Assembly (NCBI RefSeq): GCF_964213995.1
Contig: NC_135828.1
Coordinates: forward strand, 16,244,001 to 16,308,000
From: Mustelus asterias
Taxonomy: Eukaryota
Direction of reading: 5' to 3'
Length of the DNA: 64,000 nucleotides
This document shows, in pieces, positions 47,829-61,848 of this stretch; position 1 is the stretch's first letter; the number at the start of each line of letters is the position of its first letter. A program made the position numbers and the translations under genes. The notes under the pieces were generated by a model, which saw nothing but the letters and a program-made list of their open reading frames with translations, had not been told where the DNA came from and did not search any database.

Positions 47829-50089
47829 CAGCACCGTCCCTGCTGCTGGTCATGAGGAAAGCAACTAAGGTAAAAGGCCAATAAAATCTTGTACGAATGA
47901 CTATTTGCAGCTAACTTGGTCCATTGTTTGCATTTTTTTAAACCTGCCCCCCGCCTGCAGCTGAACAAACTTTCTGAGCTGGTCTTCTGTGCTGACCTTA
48001 TCAAAGTCTGATAGATTTCACCAACTCAAATAATTTAATGGGATAAGTGACATCCTAGGATGTTTATTCGGACCAGAAGGCGCTGACCTGTCCCAATTGT
48101 GTGTTCCGTTTTGTGGAATGGAAAGATTGTTATTTCTTGCTGTTGTTTGGTTGAATTTTTGAAGGGAGGAATCGGCTTTCAGGAGAGATTAGGATGTTAC
48201 GTGCTCCAGGGACGTTGGAACAGATTGCTAATTGTTGCTGATACTGTGATTTGTTGGCATACGCTTCAGAAAGATCCTGGGCAATGCTCTGTACTGTACT
48301 CCACTTTCAGCTGGAGTGGAGTGGGATTGCAGCTTTCCGTACAGTGGGAGTGGAATAGGAGTATGTGAGCTGGTGTTAAATTGCTGCTTTATTGCGCTTC
48401 TGTGGAGCACCTTTGGATGTTTGACTATGTCGAAAGAGCTGTATAAATACAGGTTGTTGTTCTGCGGTACCCTTTTAAAATGCTTTTTGAACATCTGAGT
48501 TACACTGTTCCTCTTTATCTACCCTGCTGGTTACCTCAAACAGATTTGTCAAGTATGAATCTCCTTTCATAAATCCATGTTGACTTTGCCCAAATATGAT
48601 TTTGTAAGTGCCCTGTTACCCAAATAATAGATTCTAGCATTTCCCCTATTACTGTCAGAGAAACCGCCTATCGTTACTTCCCTGTTTCTCTTGTCCTACT
48701 TTCCTACGTTTGCTACCTTCCAATCTATTATAAAATCCAGGGAATTCTTGAAGATCAAAATCAGCGTACCCACAATCTCTGGAGCCACTCTTTTAAAACT
48801 CCAGGAATTAGGCTATCGGGTCCGGTGGATTTGGTTTCATTAATTTCTCTAGTCCAACTCTTGTGCCAGCACTAATTTCTTTTAGTTCTCATTCTCACTT
48901 GACCCTTGATTCCCCACTTTTGTCGGACTGTTTAAAGTTGTGTTTAACATCCTTTTGAGGATAAAGGGGGATTAATGGCTGTCCAGTATTTGGATTTTCA
49001 CTGCGAAGGCTGATATAAAGTATTGGTCCGATGTCTTTGCCATTATTCCGATTATAAATTCTTTAGTCTTTCCCCAGAAGGGAGCCGTGTTTACTTTTGA
49101 TCTGTTCATTTTTACGTACCTACAGGAACAATTAAAATTATTACAAGCTATTTTTATCTCTTTTGTTAGTTTACTCTCGTCTATTTCCTTTCTAGCCATC
49201 TAAAGGAATGACCCACAGGTCGGAATTAGTGGCACAGACGGTGTGAGCTCTGCCACAGGGTTGGAGGCAGTTGCAAATATTTTGAAACAAAGATTCAGAA
49301 TCCTCTTCCATGTATTGGGGCTTCTCAAAGCCTGTCTTGAGAAAGGCATGAAACAAGATAACCATTGTACCTTTAAATAGGCATGGACGCTTACTTCTGA
49401 ATACATTGCATGCTTGTGACAAGTCATAGATGAATGATTCTGTTGGAAAAGCCCATGTTGTCTTGAGTGTTGTGTGTATGACCTGAGAGGTGTTGAGCGG
49501 AGCCCAGTTGTTGTCTTTGTCCTGCATTTCTGTACGTTTCATTGTATTTACGGTAAAGTTTTGGTCAAAGTGACCTGAGTTCATTGACCTTAATCAACAT
49601 TCTAGTTGCATTTTATCAGTGTCTTCAACTAAAATCGTTACAATCCAGCTGGGCGACCCAGGCGCTCTCCTGTGAGAACAACAAACCTCGTGTTTTTGAC
49701 CTGGCCTGCACTGACATCCTGAGGTTGAAGTTTTGAGGTCATTGGCCAAATATTACTGCAGATCACTTGAGCGTTCGGCTGTGACGAAATGCTTCAACTT
49801 TTGAGCGTGCGAGAGGGGAGAAAAAGCCTGTCTAATATGTTTTTTTTTGTTTGCTGAACTGCTACTAATTGAGCAGCATGCATCCTGAATTCCATCGGAA
49901 CCTACTGGTGACAGAGTGACAGTGCTGGGGAAAAGGGATTGGAAATAGCAAAACATCAAGGTAACATTTTTAAAAGCATTGGAATCCCATTAGTTATTTT
50001 CCATACGCAGGCGCCCCAGTTTTATTTGGCATATCGATAATGTGCTCGTATTCTCTGTGAATCACAAAAATGATGATGCAGAAACGGCA

Positions 50090-51015
50090 AATAATTGGGA
50101 AGGAAGGAAAATGGAATGTTAGCCTTTACTGCACGAGGGATGGGGTGAGGCCGCAACTAAAGTACTGTTAGGTTTCTTTACTCAAGGAGGGATGTATTTG
50201 CGTAGGAAGCAGTTAATGTTCACTAGGCTGTGGAATGAAGGGGTTGTCTTATGAGGAAATGTTGAGTAGGTTGGAATTTAGCAGAATGAGAGATGATCTT
50301 ATTGAGACGTCTATGATTCTGAGGGGCCTTGACAGTGTAGATGCTGAGAGGATGTTTCTGCTCGTAAGACCATAAGACATAGGAGCAGAATTAGGCCACT
50401 CGGCCCATCGAGTCTGCTCCGCCATTCAATCATGGCTGATATTTTTCTTATCCCCATTCTCCTGCCTTTTCCCCATAACCCCTTGATCCCCTAATTGATC
50501 AAGAACCTATCTATCTCTGTCTTCAAGACATTCAATGACCTGGGGGGACGCAGTTTGAAAATATAGGGTCGTCTGTTTGAGACTGATGTGGAGATGCCGG
50601 CGTTGGACTGGGGTGGACACAGTAAGAAGTCTCACAACACCAGGTTAAAGTCTAAAAGGTTTATTTGGAATAACGAGCTTTCGGAGCGCTGCTCCTTCAT
50701 CAGAACCGAAAGGTCGTGATTTCAAATAAACCTGTTGGACTTTAACCTGGTGTAGTGAGACTTCTTATTTGAGACCGAGATGAGAAAGAATTTTTTCTCA
50801 CAGAGAGCCATTAGTCTTTGGAACTCTCTTCCCCAGAGAGCAGTGGAATCTGGATCATCGAATATGTTAGTTAGGCCGCTATTTCATCCACAAGGGTTAT
50901 GGTTTAGAGACATGAAAGTGGAGTTAGGGCCACGATAAGATCAGTCATGATCTTATTGAATAATGGCACAGGTTCCAAGGGCCAAAGAATTTACTCCTGC
51001 TCCTATTTCTTATGA
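50090..51015 (+). mobile_element. Degraded CR1 3' part with a nested inverted CR1 tail (~50366-50541) and a Penelope-like insert
   Basis: CR1 C-terminal remnants (RMRDDLIE..ILRGLD; FFSQR..SLWNSLP). Confidence 0.7.
50584..50767. mobile_element. Penelope-like terminal repeat (family 1) with inverted arm, 8-bp TSD and hammerhead core
   Basis: TTTGAGAC at 50576-50583 and 50768-50775; minus strand CTGATGA-A-GGAGC-AGC-GCTCC-GAAAGCTC at 50703-50675. Confidence 0.78.
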
Positions 51016-52289
51016 TCTATTAATAATCAGTTGCCTTTAAATATTTGTAAGGGGTTAAAGTTCTTACTGTGCACATACAGTGGAACAAGTTGCAAGACTG
51101 TTGATGTATATAGTTTGGAAAGTTGCGATAACTCTGTAAATAAAAAATAATCGATGATAAATCACCAGTGATATGGCACTAGACTAATTTAACCTGGCTC
51201 TGTATTGTGAAATCCTGAACAATTTGGAGTTAGGCAGACTTTGGCTAGCAGTGTCAACGTGGTACTTGTTGAGCTACAAGTTTGAAAATCCACCAAGAAT
51301 GAAACTAATTCCAAGTGCTTTTATTGTAACTTTTACATTAAAAAATTACAGTTAGTGGCAAGAGCAGCTGCTAATTGATGGTTCCACTTTAAAAAAATGC
51401 TTTATAGTGATAATGTGCTATAAAGATGTGCCAGATTCTTAGCAGTGATAAATAATGGTAAGTGCTTCGACCACATGTATGTCTGTGTTGTACTGGTCCA
51501 ACTGAGTTCTTCCTAATGACTGGGGGAGTTCTGAGGGCTTCCTGTAGTATAAACAGTGCTTGTAGCTCTTGAGTATTGATTCTGGCAGCATCCAGCAGTT
51601 CTAGCTTTGCTGTTCCCTGCCAAATTCATTCACTACTCTAGGATTATCCTGAAGAGTAAGGTTAACCCCTTTTCCCCATACATCTACCAAACATAGACTT
51701 GCCCGACTACCCTCTGCATGCAAAGAGCTTGTGGACTGTTTTTTGGTCACAAAGACTGAGACCATCTGTTCATCGCCGCTGTTGCAACTCTCACCCCTTG
51801 TTCACTGCATCATACCACCTTCAAGGATGATATTCACCTCCTTGCTCACCTTAAGCCTCCCTGTTTCTGTAGTTTCCTGCTTTCCTTTGACCTCTTTCCT
51901 CGTGGGTTACGTAGATTGGAGAAGCTGGAGCTGTTCTCCTGGAGACAAAAAGGTTGTGAGGGGATTTGATTCAAACCATGAAGGATCTGGACAGAGTGGG
52001 TAGAGAGAAATTGTTCTTCTTGGAGGAAGGGTTGAGAACCAGAGGAAGTTGCACAAAGGCGGCGGTGGAAAACTTTAGTCTGGGAATTTGGTAATTGCAG
52101 ACTTTCAAGGGTTGATTTTTTTTCTAAAAGTTAGTCAAAATGCTAGATGCGCGTTTTACATTCAGCAAATTGTAGTTTTCTTCAGTGTTAAAGAACCTCA
52201 CTGCTAGAGATAGCTGTGGTTAGCCAATTAGGTAACTAGTTTGAACTGGTTTCCCAGCCAGCAGCCGCTGACTCAGCTCACGGGGATCT

Positions 52290-53520
52290 GAGCTAATATA
52301 AATACAGGAGACACATGGAGCAGATCCCTTGAAGGTGGCAGTGGAACCCCGAGTGCTTAAACCTGGTAAGCGAGGGAGTTCGGTGCAGAGTGGAAGGTGG
52401 TGCTGATCTGGCATTCACAGAAAAGGAGTGGTCCAAGAGAGGGAGCCAGAGACAGTGAACCCTAGCGATGCAGCCTGGAGGCATTAATTAGGCGTGCAGC
52501 CAAGCGATTGATGAGTTTTTAGTTTTTCCCTCTCTAAAATGGGACAATAGTTTAAACCAGTGCTGGGAGATATTATGTATTATACTAAATTTGTAGCATA
52601 TCTAGTTGAACTCCTTAATATAACTCTGCACAATCATTGGGTAATACTGTAAATTTGAAACCTAATTAATTGAATAGAAGCAAAATAAAGATGGTGAAGT
52701 CGGGGTGGGGGGTGGGGGGGGGGGGGTGATGTGTTACAGTTTTGGCATATGCGTACTGAAGGACAGCCGTATGATCCATGGCAACCACATCTGCAGTAAA
52801 CATCTGCAGTTCGTGGAACTTCAGCTCGGAGTTGGTGAGTTGGAGCCTGAACTTTGGACACTGCAGAGGGGGGCAGTTACCTGGACACTTGTTCCAGGAG
52901 GCAGTCACACCGACTGAGACTAGGTGCTTCAGATTTTGTCTGTGATTAGTGATAGAAGTGTGTGACTAAGAGAGGCGGGTACGGGGATTCAGAAGGTAGC
53001 AATTGTCCCAACAGATTCAATGTTTTTGCAGCTTGTGTGGGCGGGAGCTAAAGGGCGGATGAGCAGACTGACCATAGCACCGGTGCAGGAAACCATTCAA
53101 GTTGTGTAGGGTTGTGGGGTGATGCAAAAAGGAACATACCTGTAGTCAGGGACAAGATCGTTAGACACCTTTTTTTTTACTCCGGCCAAAATTGCGAGTT
53201 TCGAAGGCCGTGTTGTCTGCCCAGTGCCAGGGTTAAGGACGTGTCCTCAGGGCTGGAGAAGAACTTGGAGGAGGAGGGGAAGGATCCAGTTGTCATGGTC
53301 CATGTGGGTTAAATGACAAAGGTTCTGCTGAGGGAGTATGAGCAGTTAGGGACAAAATTAAAAAGCAGAACCACAAAAAGATAATCTCTAGATTACTGCA
53401 TGGTACACAAGCAAATTGGTGAAGGGGAAATAAGATCAAAGAGTTGAATGCATGATTGCGATGGGAGAAATGGATTCCGATTCATGGAGCACCAGGACTG
53501 CAGAAAGTGGGAGCTTTTTA
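52290..53520 (+). mobile_element. CR1 LINE 5' part: degraded ORF1 (Zn-finger/coiled coil and esterase-like domain)
   Basis: HICSKHLQFVELQLGVGELEPELWTL and CCLPSARVKDVSSGLEKNLEEEGKDPVVMVHVG motifs of CR1 ORF1; frameshifted. Confidence 0.75.
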
Positions 53521-55364
53521 CCTGATCTGCGATGGGCCAAGTGTATAAATCACAAATGAACTTCTTTGACCAGATTTGTGTCCCTGCTACAGCACTGAAA
53601 AGTCCTGAATCAAAGCTTTAAATTACATTCTCTGTAGTCTTTGATACAGTTGACTCCATCATCGCTTTCCAATGCCTATCCTGCATTGTACATCCCCTTT
53701 GGATTGACCTTGTTTCATTCCAGTGTTGCCTATTCAATTATTGCCAGAGTGTTTCCAGCAATGAGTTTCTTCCTGACCCTGCACTCTTATCTCTCCAGTC
53801 CCTTCAGGATGTATGGCTGTGGAACACTGAGGAAGGAAATATAGCTGTGGCTTCAGGATCTAAGTTTGAAGCCCTCTTATTCATTGCCTTTACATTGACT
53901 GTCCTAAAAGCCCACCCCTTGATCCAAGCATTTAGTCACCCCTTGTAATATGTCTTCTTTGGCTTGATATCCAGTTTAGTCTGTTAACACTTTATGAAGT
54001 GCTTTGGGCTATATTTCTGCATTAAATTATTTGTATTTAAATAATGCTTTTGGTTTCTCAACATCAATTTAGAAGTGTGTTTTATTTGTATTAGTCAATG
54101 TTTTTGGCTTTACTCACTCCTGTCCTTGCAGCTGTTTGGCATTGGGTATTTTGAATCTTGTATTCCATGCATGTACACAAATCTTTGTTCTATGTGTGAC
54201 ATTTGCTCTGAAGTGATGCAATCTGGAACTCCTGGTGTCTGGCCAGGTCTTATCAGAGCTAATTCTGCTCCCTGTCCTTTGAGAGGTAATGCTGACACGC
54301 TGAAACCACCCATGGCAGTGTCAAGAACAGCAGATGTTCTGGTTTGCTGTTCATTATTTTTCCGACAACAAGTATCACCAAAACCTAACAGACTGACAGG
54401 CCATTCATCTCTATGCCTTTGCTTAATAAGTCACTACATTATAAAAATAAATCACTGCGAGAAGCACTCTGACTAGCAAAGATGCAGTACTCTGCTTTGG
54501 TAAGTATTGTCATCAGCAACAAGTTGGCAGGAACAATTTGGATTGGAGTCCTGAAGTTGCCACTTGTTATACTTAAATTTTTGTAATGGCCTATAATGCC
54601 TTTTTGGCTTGATTCAATTTATTATTGTCACATGTACCGAGATACAGTGAAAAGTATTGTTTTGTCTGCTATCCAAACAAATCATACCATACATAGCTCT
54701 CAAAGAGTCGCCATAGTCTGGCGCCATCTTGGAATATGGATACGGTCAGTCCACAGTGAGAGCAGTCTCACACCCCCATTCTCTCTCCGCTCCCTGTGTT
54801 GTGGGGACTGGCTGCAAATATTTTAGGGCCTTGTGTGGAGGTCATGTTTTATGAATTGAAGGAACACGAGCAACAGGAAAGAAAGAAATAAAGTTTTAAA
54901 ATAAACTAAAAAAAAAATTGAAGACAGCAACTTGCACAATGGGTTACTTATTGATTTTTGTCTTTTTCATCTTTGCCTCCATTGGTAAATGCCCATTTCC
55001 TTTATCCTTGATTACGTTTCACAATTGCAGCATGTATTAACTGAGGAAAGTCAGAGTATTACTGTAGTTATTTAGGGTTATCATAGATTCCAATTTTCGT
55101 CTGACCAATGCAATGTAGAAACCTTGTTCCTTCAAGATTCTTTCAAAAGTGGCAGTTAAACCAATTGTCTTCAAGTTTGTGTTATGATTTAGAGGAAAAC
55201 TGAAAGGAGTAACAGAAGTAAAGAGATTAGAAGAGAAACAAAGCCTGTGGAGGACTAATCGCTGCCACAGTTGATTGAAATATTCAGTGGAGGACAGACT
55301 ATAGAAATAAGTTGGATAACGGAATGAGGCAGAATTGAAGAAGCGGTGGTTGCCACCTGTGGTA

Positions 55365-55620
55365 ATGAAAACAGAAAATGCTGGATAAACTCAGCAGGTC
55401 TGGCAGCATCTGTAGAGAGAGAAATACAGTTAATGTTTCAAGACCATTGACTCTGCTACAGAACTGGAGTTCTGTAAGAGCTCTGTAGCACTCTGCTTCC
55501 ATAGAACGGTCAATGGATTCGAAACATTAACTGTGTTTCTCTCTCCACAGATGCTGCCAGAGCTGCTGAGTTTATCCAGGTATTTATTTCAGATTTCCAG
55601 CATCCGCAGTATTTATTTCC
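55365..55620. mobile_element. Penelope-like terminal repeat (family 2), inverted arms
   Basis: CTGGATAAACTCAGCAGGTCTGGCAGCATCTGTAGAGAGAGAAA ... TTTCTCTCTCCACAGATGCTGCCAGAGCTGCTGAGTTTATCCAG. Confidence 0.7.
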
Positions 55621-55799
55621 GTTACCTGTGGAGTAGATTCTAATGAGGTCAAAACATTCAGGAGGAACTAGGGAAGATTTATTGAACGGTAGACGAATAC
55701 TTTCCAAAACGAAGGTAGCAAATGTTATATAAGCTCACTCAGGACAATTAATACTGAGGACAACTGCATTATCACACATTTTCTTACTATTTTCAATCT

Positions 55800-56650
55800 T
55801 TGATTTTGATTTGATTTATTATTGTCACATGTATTAGTATACAGTGGAAAGTATTGTTCCTTATGCACTGTACAGACCAAGCATACTGTTCATAGAGAAG
55901 GAAAGGAGAGAGTGCAGATTGTAGTGTTACAGTCATAGCTAGGGTGTAGAGAAAGATCAACTTAATATAAGGTAGGTCCATTCAAAAGTCTGATGGCAGC
56001 AGGGAAGAAGCTGTTCTTGAGTCGGTTGGTATGTGACCTCAGACTTTTTCCCGAAGGAAGAAGGTGAAAGACAGTATGTCCGCGGTATGTGGGGTCTTTA
56101 ATTATGCCGGCTGCTTTGCTGAGGCAGAGGGAAGTGTAGACAGAATCAATGGATGGGAGCCTAGTTTGCGTGATCGATTGGGCTTCATTCGTGGACCCTT
56201 TGTAGTTTCTTGCGGTCTTGTGATACAACCAGAAAGGATGCTTTCTATGGTGCATCTGTAAACGTTGGTGAGAGTCGTAGCTGACATGCCAAATTTCCTT
56301 AGTCTTCTGAGAAAGTAGAGGTGTTGGTGGGCTTTCTTAACTATAGTGTCGGCATTGGAGGGGACCAGGACAGGTGGTTGGTGATCTGGACACCTAAAAA
56401 CCTGAAGCTCTCGACCATTTCTGCTTCGTCCACATTGATGTAGTCAGGGGCATGTCCTCCACTACACTTCCTGAAGTCGATGACAATCTCCTTCGTTTTG
56501 TTGACATTGAGGGAGAGATTATTGTCATTGCACCATTTTACCAGATTCTCTATCGCATTTCTGTACTCTGTCTCGTCATTGTTTGAGATTCAACCCATTA
56601 CGGTGGTGTCGTCAGCAAACTAGAAAATCGAGTTGGAGGAGAATTTGGCC
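55800..56650 (-). mobile_element. Rex1/Babar-like LINE, longest 3' fragment in the window
   Basis: Minus strand contains FADDTTV (RT motif), TLTNVYRCTIESILSGCI and RLKNSFFPAAIRLLN. Confidence 0.8.
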
Positions 56651-57057
56651 TCTCCGAATCTGCTTGACTGTTAATGCAGGGTGTTGACGCAAACCAGTTC
56701 TAAAAATAAAAGTATTTTTCTTGCATTGAAAATTCTGTGGAGTACCTTAACATCTTTACAATTTAACCCATGCTTCGCCCTTAGTTATTGAATGCCAGTC
56801 AGCAGTTTTGGGTATTCAAGCCCTGAAGTTAAAGAATTGCCTCACCTGCTACAGGTAATTAGGAGGCCCTTATTAAGTTGTTCAAATATTAAGCTGCTTC
56901 CAAACAGCACTTGTGCTGCAGGCAAATGGTTTGCTTGTCTTGTGCAACCGGCAGGAACCTAAACTGGACAGATATAAAATGGACGGAAAGGCGTTTTAAA
57001 TTTTTAGTCTGAAACTTCCCCATTGCTGCAGCTCTGCCATTCCCCAGCCACTCAACT

Positions 57058-57442
57058 TTTGATTTGATTTATTATTGTCGCATGTATTAGTATAAAGTGA
57101 AAAGTATTGTTTTCTTGCGCGCTATACAGACAAAGCATACCGTTCATAGAGAAGGAAAGGAGAGAGTGCAGATTACAATCATAGCAGTCATAGCTAGGGT
57201 GCAGAGAAAGATCAACTTAATGCAGGGTAGGTCCATTCAAAGTCTGATGGCAGCAGGGAAGAAGCTGTTCTTGAGTCGGTTGGTACGTGACCTCAGACTT
57301 TTGTAACTTTTTCCCAATGGAAGAAGGTGGAAGAGAGAATGTCCGGGGTGCGTGGGATCCTTAATTATCCTGGCTGCTTTGCCGAGGCAGCGGGAAGTGT
57401 AGACAGTGTCAATGGATGGTAGGCTGGTTTGTGTGATGGATT
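57058..57442 (-). mobile_element. Rex1/Babar-like LINE 3' end
   Basis: Homologous to 55800-56180. Confidence 0.75.
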
Positions 57443-57614
57443 AGAACTCCACAACCACCGGGCTCCCTGCACATTGATATCAAGGTGCAGTACCTTGAAA
57501 TCAGCAGCAACAATGCAAGCAGCTGATTTGAAATGATTGTACATTCTGTTTGTGTTGGTTAAGTTAATGGTTACTTTATCCTTACTAACAGCAATAACTT
57601 GTAATTTTTAAAAT

Positions 57615-57840
57615 TAATTCATGGGACATGGGCGTCGCTGGCTGGCCAGCGTTTATTGCCCATCCCTAGTTGCCTGAGGGCAGTTGAGAGTCAACCACAT
57701 TGTTGTGGCTCTGGAGTCACATGTAGGCCAGACCGGGTAAGGACGGCAGATTTCCTTCCCCAGAGAACCAGATGAGTTTTTCTGACAATTGGCAATGGTT
57801 TCATAGTCATCAGTAGATTCTTGATTCCAGATTTGTTTTT
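57615..57840 (-). mobile_element. Second tRNA-derived SINE family, 5'-truncated
   Basis: Homologous to 6066-6310. Confidence 0.7.
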
Positions 57841-57886
57841 TCACAAGTAGTTACAGATATATAGTCCCCATAACATAGAAACATGT

Positions 57887-58188
57887 TTAAAGTTTATTTA
57901 TTAGTGTCACAAGTAGGCTTACATTAACACTGCAATGAAGTTACTGTGAAAATCCCCTAGTCGCCACACTCCGGCGCCCGTTCAGTTACACTGAGGGAGA
58001 ATTTAGCACGGCCAGTGCATCTAACCAGCACATCTTTCGGACTGAGGGGTATCCGGAGCACCCGGAGGAAACCCATGCTGACACAGGGAGAATGTACAGA
58101 CTCCACACAGTGACCCAAGCTGTGAATTGAACCTGGGTCCCTGGTGCTATGAGGCAGCAGTGCTAACCACTGTGCCACCTTGCTGTCC
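57887..58188 (-). mobile_element. HE1-like SINE, tail type 2
   Basis: Head, body and tail match. Confidence 0.85.
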
Positions 58189-59451
58189 CTTTAAGGCACT
58201 TGAGAGGCCTAATGTGAAATAGATGGACATTGGGTTAATGCAGGCCATGACAGATGTTGTTTTAAGAAGTGTTTTGAAGAAGGAGAGTAGCCAGGTCATT
58301 CCAAAGCATGGATCCTAGACGGCTGAAGGCAAAAACTGCAAATGGTGGGGCAGAAGGAGAGGGGGGTACACATTCCGAGGAACATAGAGAGCAGAACAGG
58401 GCTGGAAGTAGTTGGCGATTGAGAGAATCAAGGCAGTGAAAGGATTTGAGCTTGAAGGTCAGAAGTTGTTAATGACATTTCTGATCGCGTTATTTATTTG
58501 GCATTGGTAACGCTCTTTCAAATGCTCGTGTCTGCTCGATTTTATTGTATATTTTGGGGAGCAGCTTGCTTATTGTTCAGGGGTTGGGCTGAAGATATGA
58601 GTCACAAATGGCAGAGAAAGCAATCCAAGATGCTGCCATCGGAGTTTGTTTTTCCTTGTGCAATGTATTAGGGGTGGGGTTTCATCAATTTCCTCTTGAC
58701 ATGACTGCTCACTTGGTCAATTGGGATATTTTTGTGTGAATAAACCACCTTCTGCTCAATTATGTTTATTGAAAAATGATTAAGTTCAAAGGTGAATTCC
58801 CAAAACAGATTTTTCAGTGAAGTGCAGTCACATCCCATGTTAAATCCATCTTTTTTTTATGTGCAGTGGGATAGGTTGCACCAATTCTAATAAAACCATG
58901 GATTTAGATTCAAAACATTTCTGAAAGCATCTATTTAGATATGGATTCGGATTTCCAAGAAATGTCTGCATTAATGGGCTTTGAAGCCTGTGCTAAAAAT
59001 GGTACAAGAGACAGAATCCTTTCGTTCTGAGACTGCAATGCAATTTTTACAAAATACAATTTTTATTAATTGTATTTCACGAACCAGATTGGTAGCTAAG
59101 GTTATTTCTATTTAAAGAGCATTCTTACTTCAAATGATTGATTTGATTTATTATTGTCACATGTATTAATATTCAGTGAGAAGTATTGTTTCTTGCGCGC
59201 TATACAGACAAAACATACCGCTCATAGAGAAGGAAACGAGAGAGTGCAGAATGTAGTGTTAGAGTTTAAAACAGTTAGAATGAAGTTTTAGAAGCAATTT
59301 AGAAGACCAGCTGGGACAGGCAATGTCTTGCGTTGAATTGTCCAAGTAAAATGAAGAATCCTTACTCTTAGAAACATTCTCTAATATGATAGTTAAAAAT
59401 AATTTTTACACTGAACCAGATATTCTGCTAAGTAACCAAATACACACAAAA

Positions 59452-59675
59452 CAAAAACAGAAAAATGCTGGAAAACCTCAGCAGGTCTGACAGTATCTGT
59501 AAAGAGAGAATAGAGCCAACGTTTTGAGTCTAGATGACCCTTCATTTAGCTCTGATGAAGGGCCATCTAGACTTGAAAGGTTGGCTCTATTCTCTCTCCG
59601 CAAACCTGCTGAGATTTTCCAGCATTTTTCTGTTTTTGATTCAGATTCCAACATCTGCAGTATTTTGCGTTTATC
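59452..59675. mobile_element. Penelope-like terminal repeat (family 2), inverted arms, hammerhead-like motif
   Basis: AAAAACAGAAAAATGCTGGAAAA ... TTTTCCAGCATTTTTCTGTTTTT; AGCT-CTGATGA-AGGGCCATCTAGACTT-GAAA at 59548-59578. Confidence 0.72.
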
Positions 59676-59729
59676 TGTACTTCCACCCAGTTGTTTGACC
59701 GTTTGTGTTTTCTATTTTACAGCTAAAAC

Positions 59730-60298
59730 ATGACGGGGAGTCAGTTTACTATCAGACGCTGGACCAGCAAGCATGTGGCCAAGTGGCTCAAGGAGGAAGG
59801 CTTCAGCGAATATGTTGATCTTCTATGTAATAAGCACAGACTGGATGGCGTTGCCTTGTTAACTTTGACCGAAAACGATTTACGCTGCCCGCCTTTGGAA
59901 CTGAAAGTGTTGGGTGATATTAAAAGGCTTATGGTATCTATTCGGAAGCTGCAAAAACAGCATAAGGATATCTTGGCGGAGATGGGATACGCCAGCGAGG
60001 AATGCGTTGTTGCACACCCTGGTAATTCATCGCAAAGCAAAGACTGTCAGTGTAACGGTGTGGATCATTCCAGGAACAGTGGCGGTTCTAGCGGAGACTT
60101 GAGAACTGAACAGTATCAGAATGGTAAATACTACAAATACCAAGCACGAAGACTTGACCCAGAGTTTTGGAAGACAGCTCTGAGTTCTATTTATGTATTT
60201 GTAGTCTTTGGGTTTACATCGATTGTTATGGTAGTAGTTCATGAGCGTGTGCCTGACATGCAAACTTATCCACCCCTACCAGACATATTCCTGGATAG
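59730..60298 (+). CDS. SAMD8: SAMD8 / sphingomyelin synthase-related protein (SMSr), first coding exon (SAM domain and first TM segment); gene continues beyond the window
   Basis: Acceptor TTTTACAG at 59722, ATG at 59730, donor AG|GTAAGT at 60299; [31 protein letters not shown]...KVLGDIKRL and [19 protein letters not shown] match vertebrate SAMD8; synteny with DUSP13. Confidence 0.96.
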
Positions 60299-60417
60299 GT
60301 AAGTATTAAGTTAATGTGACTTTGTTTTATACTTTTAAAATAACTTTTCTACTAATAGAGTAGTTATTTCTCGACGCTCAGATACAGCTACCTTCGCAAA
60401 CATGAGAAGCTATTGTG

Positions 60418-60661
60418 GGTGGCACGGTGATTAGCACTGCTGTCTCACAGCACCAGGGACCTGGGTTCGACTCCCGGCTTGGGTCACTGTCTGTGTGGAG
60501 TTTGCACGTTCTCCCCGTGTCTGCGTGGGTTTCCTCCAGGTGCTCCAGTTTCCTCCCACAGTCTGACCCGAACAGGTGCCGGAGTGTGGGCGACTAGGGG
60601 AATTTCACAGTAACTTCATTGCAGTGTTAATGTAAGCCTTACTTGTGACTAATAAATAAAC
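60418..60661 (+). mobile_element. HE1-like SINE, tail type 2
   Basis: Head, body and tail match. Confidence 0.85.
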
Positions 60662-61798
60662 GTTACTTTATTTCTGTAGCCCAAGCGTGGTCCACTCTCC
60701 TGAAGCATCTGGAACCACTCAGCAGGTCAGGCAGCATCTGTGGAGAGAGAAACATTTAACTTTTCAAGTCTGCCACCTTCCTTCATGTTTCTTTCTCCAC
60801 ACATGCTGCCATTCCTGATGAGTATTTACTGATTTTATTTCAGGTTTCCAGCATCCACAGTGCTTTGTTTTAGTAGAGCAAATTTCTTATTCCCAAAATG
60901 CTTCTAATCTATTTTGTCTTTTCTGCTGTCCTGTCTTCACTTACTATTTACCATTAAAGAGGTATGGAAATCCATGTAATAATCATTCTGCAATTTTACT
61001 CCTTTTTCTAAATTTTATTTGGGCAGAAAGCATGATTCTAATATGCAAGCTTCAATTTCTTTTAATCTTTTGGCTGAAATCGCTCTTATTCCCCTCCAGC
61101 TTTGTTAGAGAAGGATGAGGCAGAACCTGTTTACAGTCATGCTGCTCTGATCAAAGCATTGCCGAGAACCCATGTAACACTCTCCTGATCATTTCTCTCC
61201 ATTTTTACGGTAATCCACTTAGCCTCTGCTTGCTCCCACTCTAATCAAAGCATACTGGAGATTTTCTAGTGCTGTGGAAAGTCAAACCCCTTTCGTCTAC
61301 TTGAAAGTATCTCACTTTTTAAAATGACAACAATGCGCATTTGTGGACACACCCTAAAGGAGGACAGGCAAATTAAACTTTGAATTTAAGATCCCTTTGG
61401 GATTGAGTCCCTGCGCTCTGTACTGCAGGAACTATTTTATACTGATTTCGAAGGCGAACAGACATTGGCCCATAACTTCCGAGCAACAGGGTATTGTACT
61501 GGGGTAGCCACCAAAGATGTGTTGGTGGACCTCATTGGAAGGTCGCAGGTAAGGAATACTTGGCAATTGCCCAGGACTTCTGTTGGGCACTTGCTCTGCA
61601 TTGGGAATCATCTGAAATGCTGATTTGAATTGCAAATACCGGATGGATGCTTCTGACTGTCTTACAGTATTGGTTACCCAGAAAGAATAGGAAGAATTAA
61701 GACTACTTCTAACTCCCAGGTGACTGTAGGACTGACACCCCGTTTGTGTTGCCCCTCTCCATGGAACCCCTGGCTGTTCTGCCATGGGACGAAACCCT

Positions 61799-61848
61799 CC
61801 CCCCCCCCCCCCCCCCCCCCCCCAAACACACACACACACACACACACA
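61799..61848. repeat. Poly-C tract followed by (CA)n microsatellite
   Basis: Directly visible. Confidence 0.9.
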
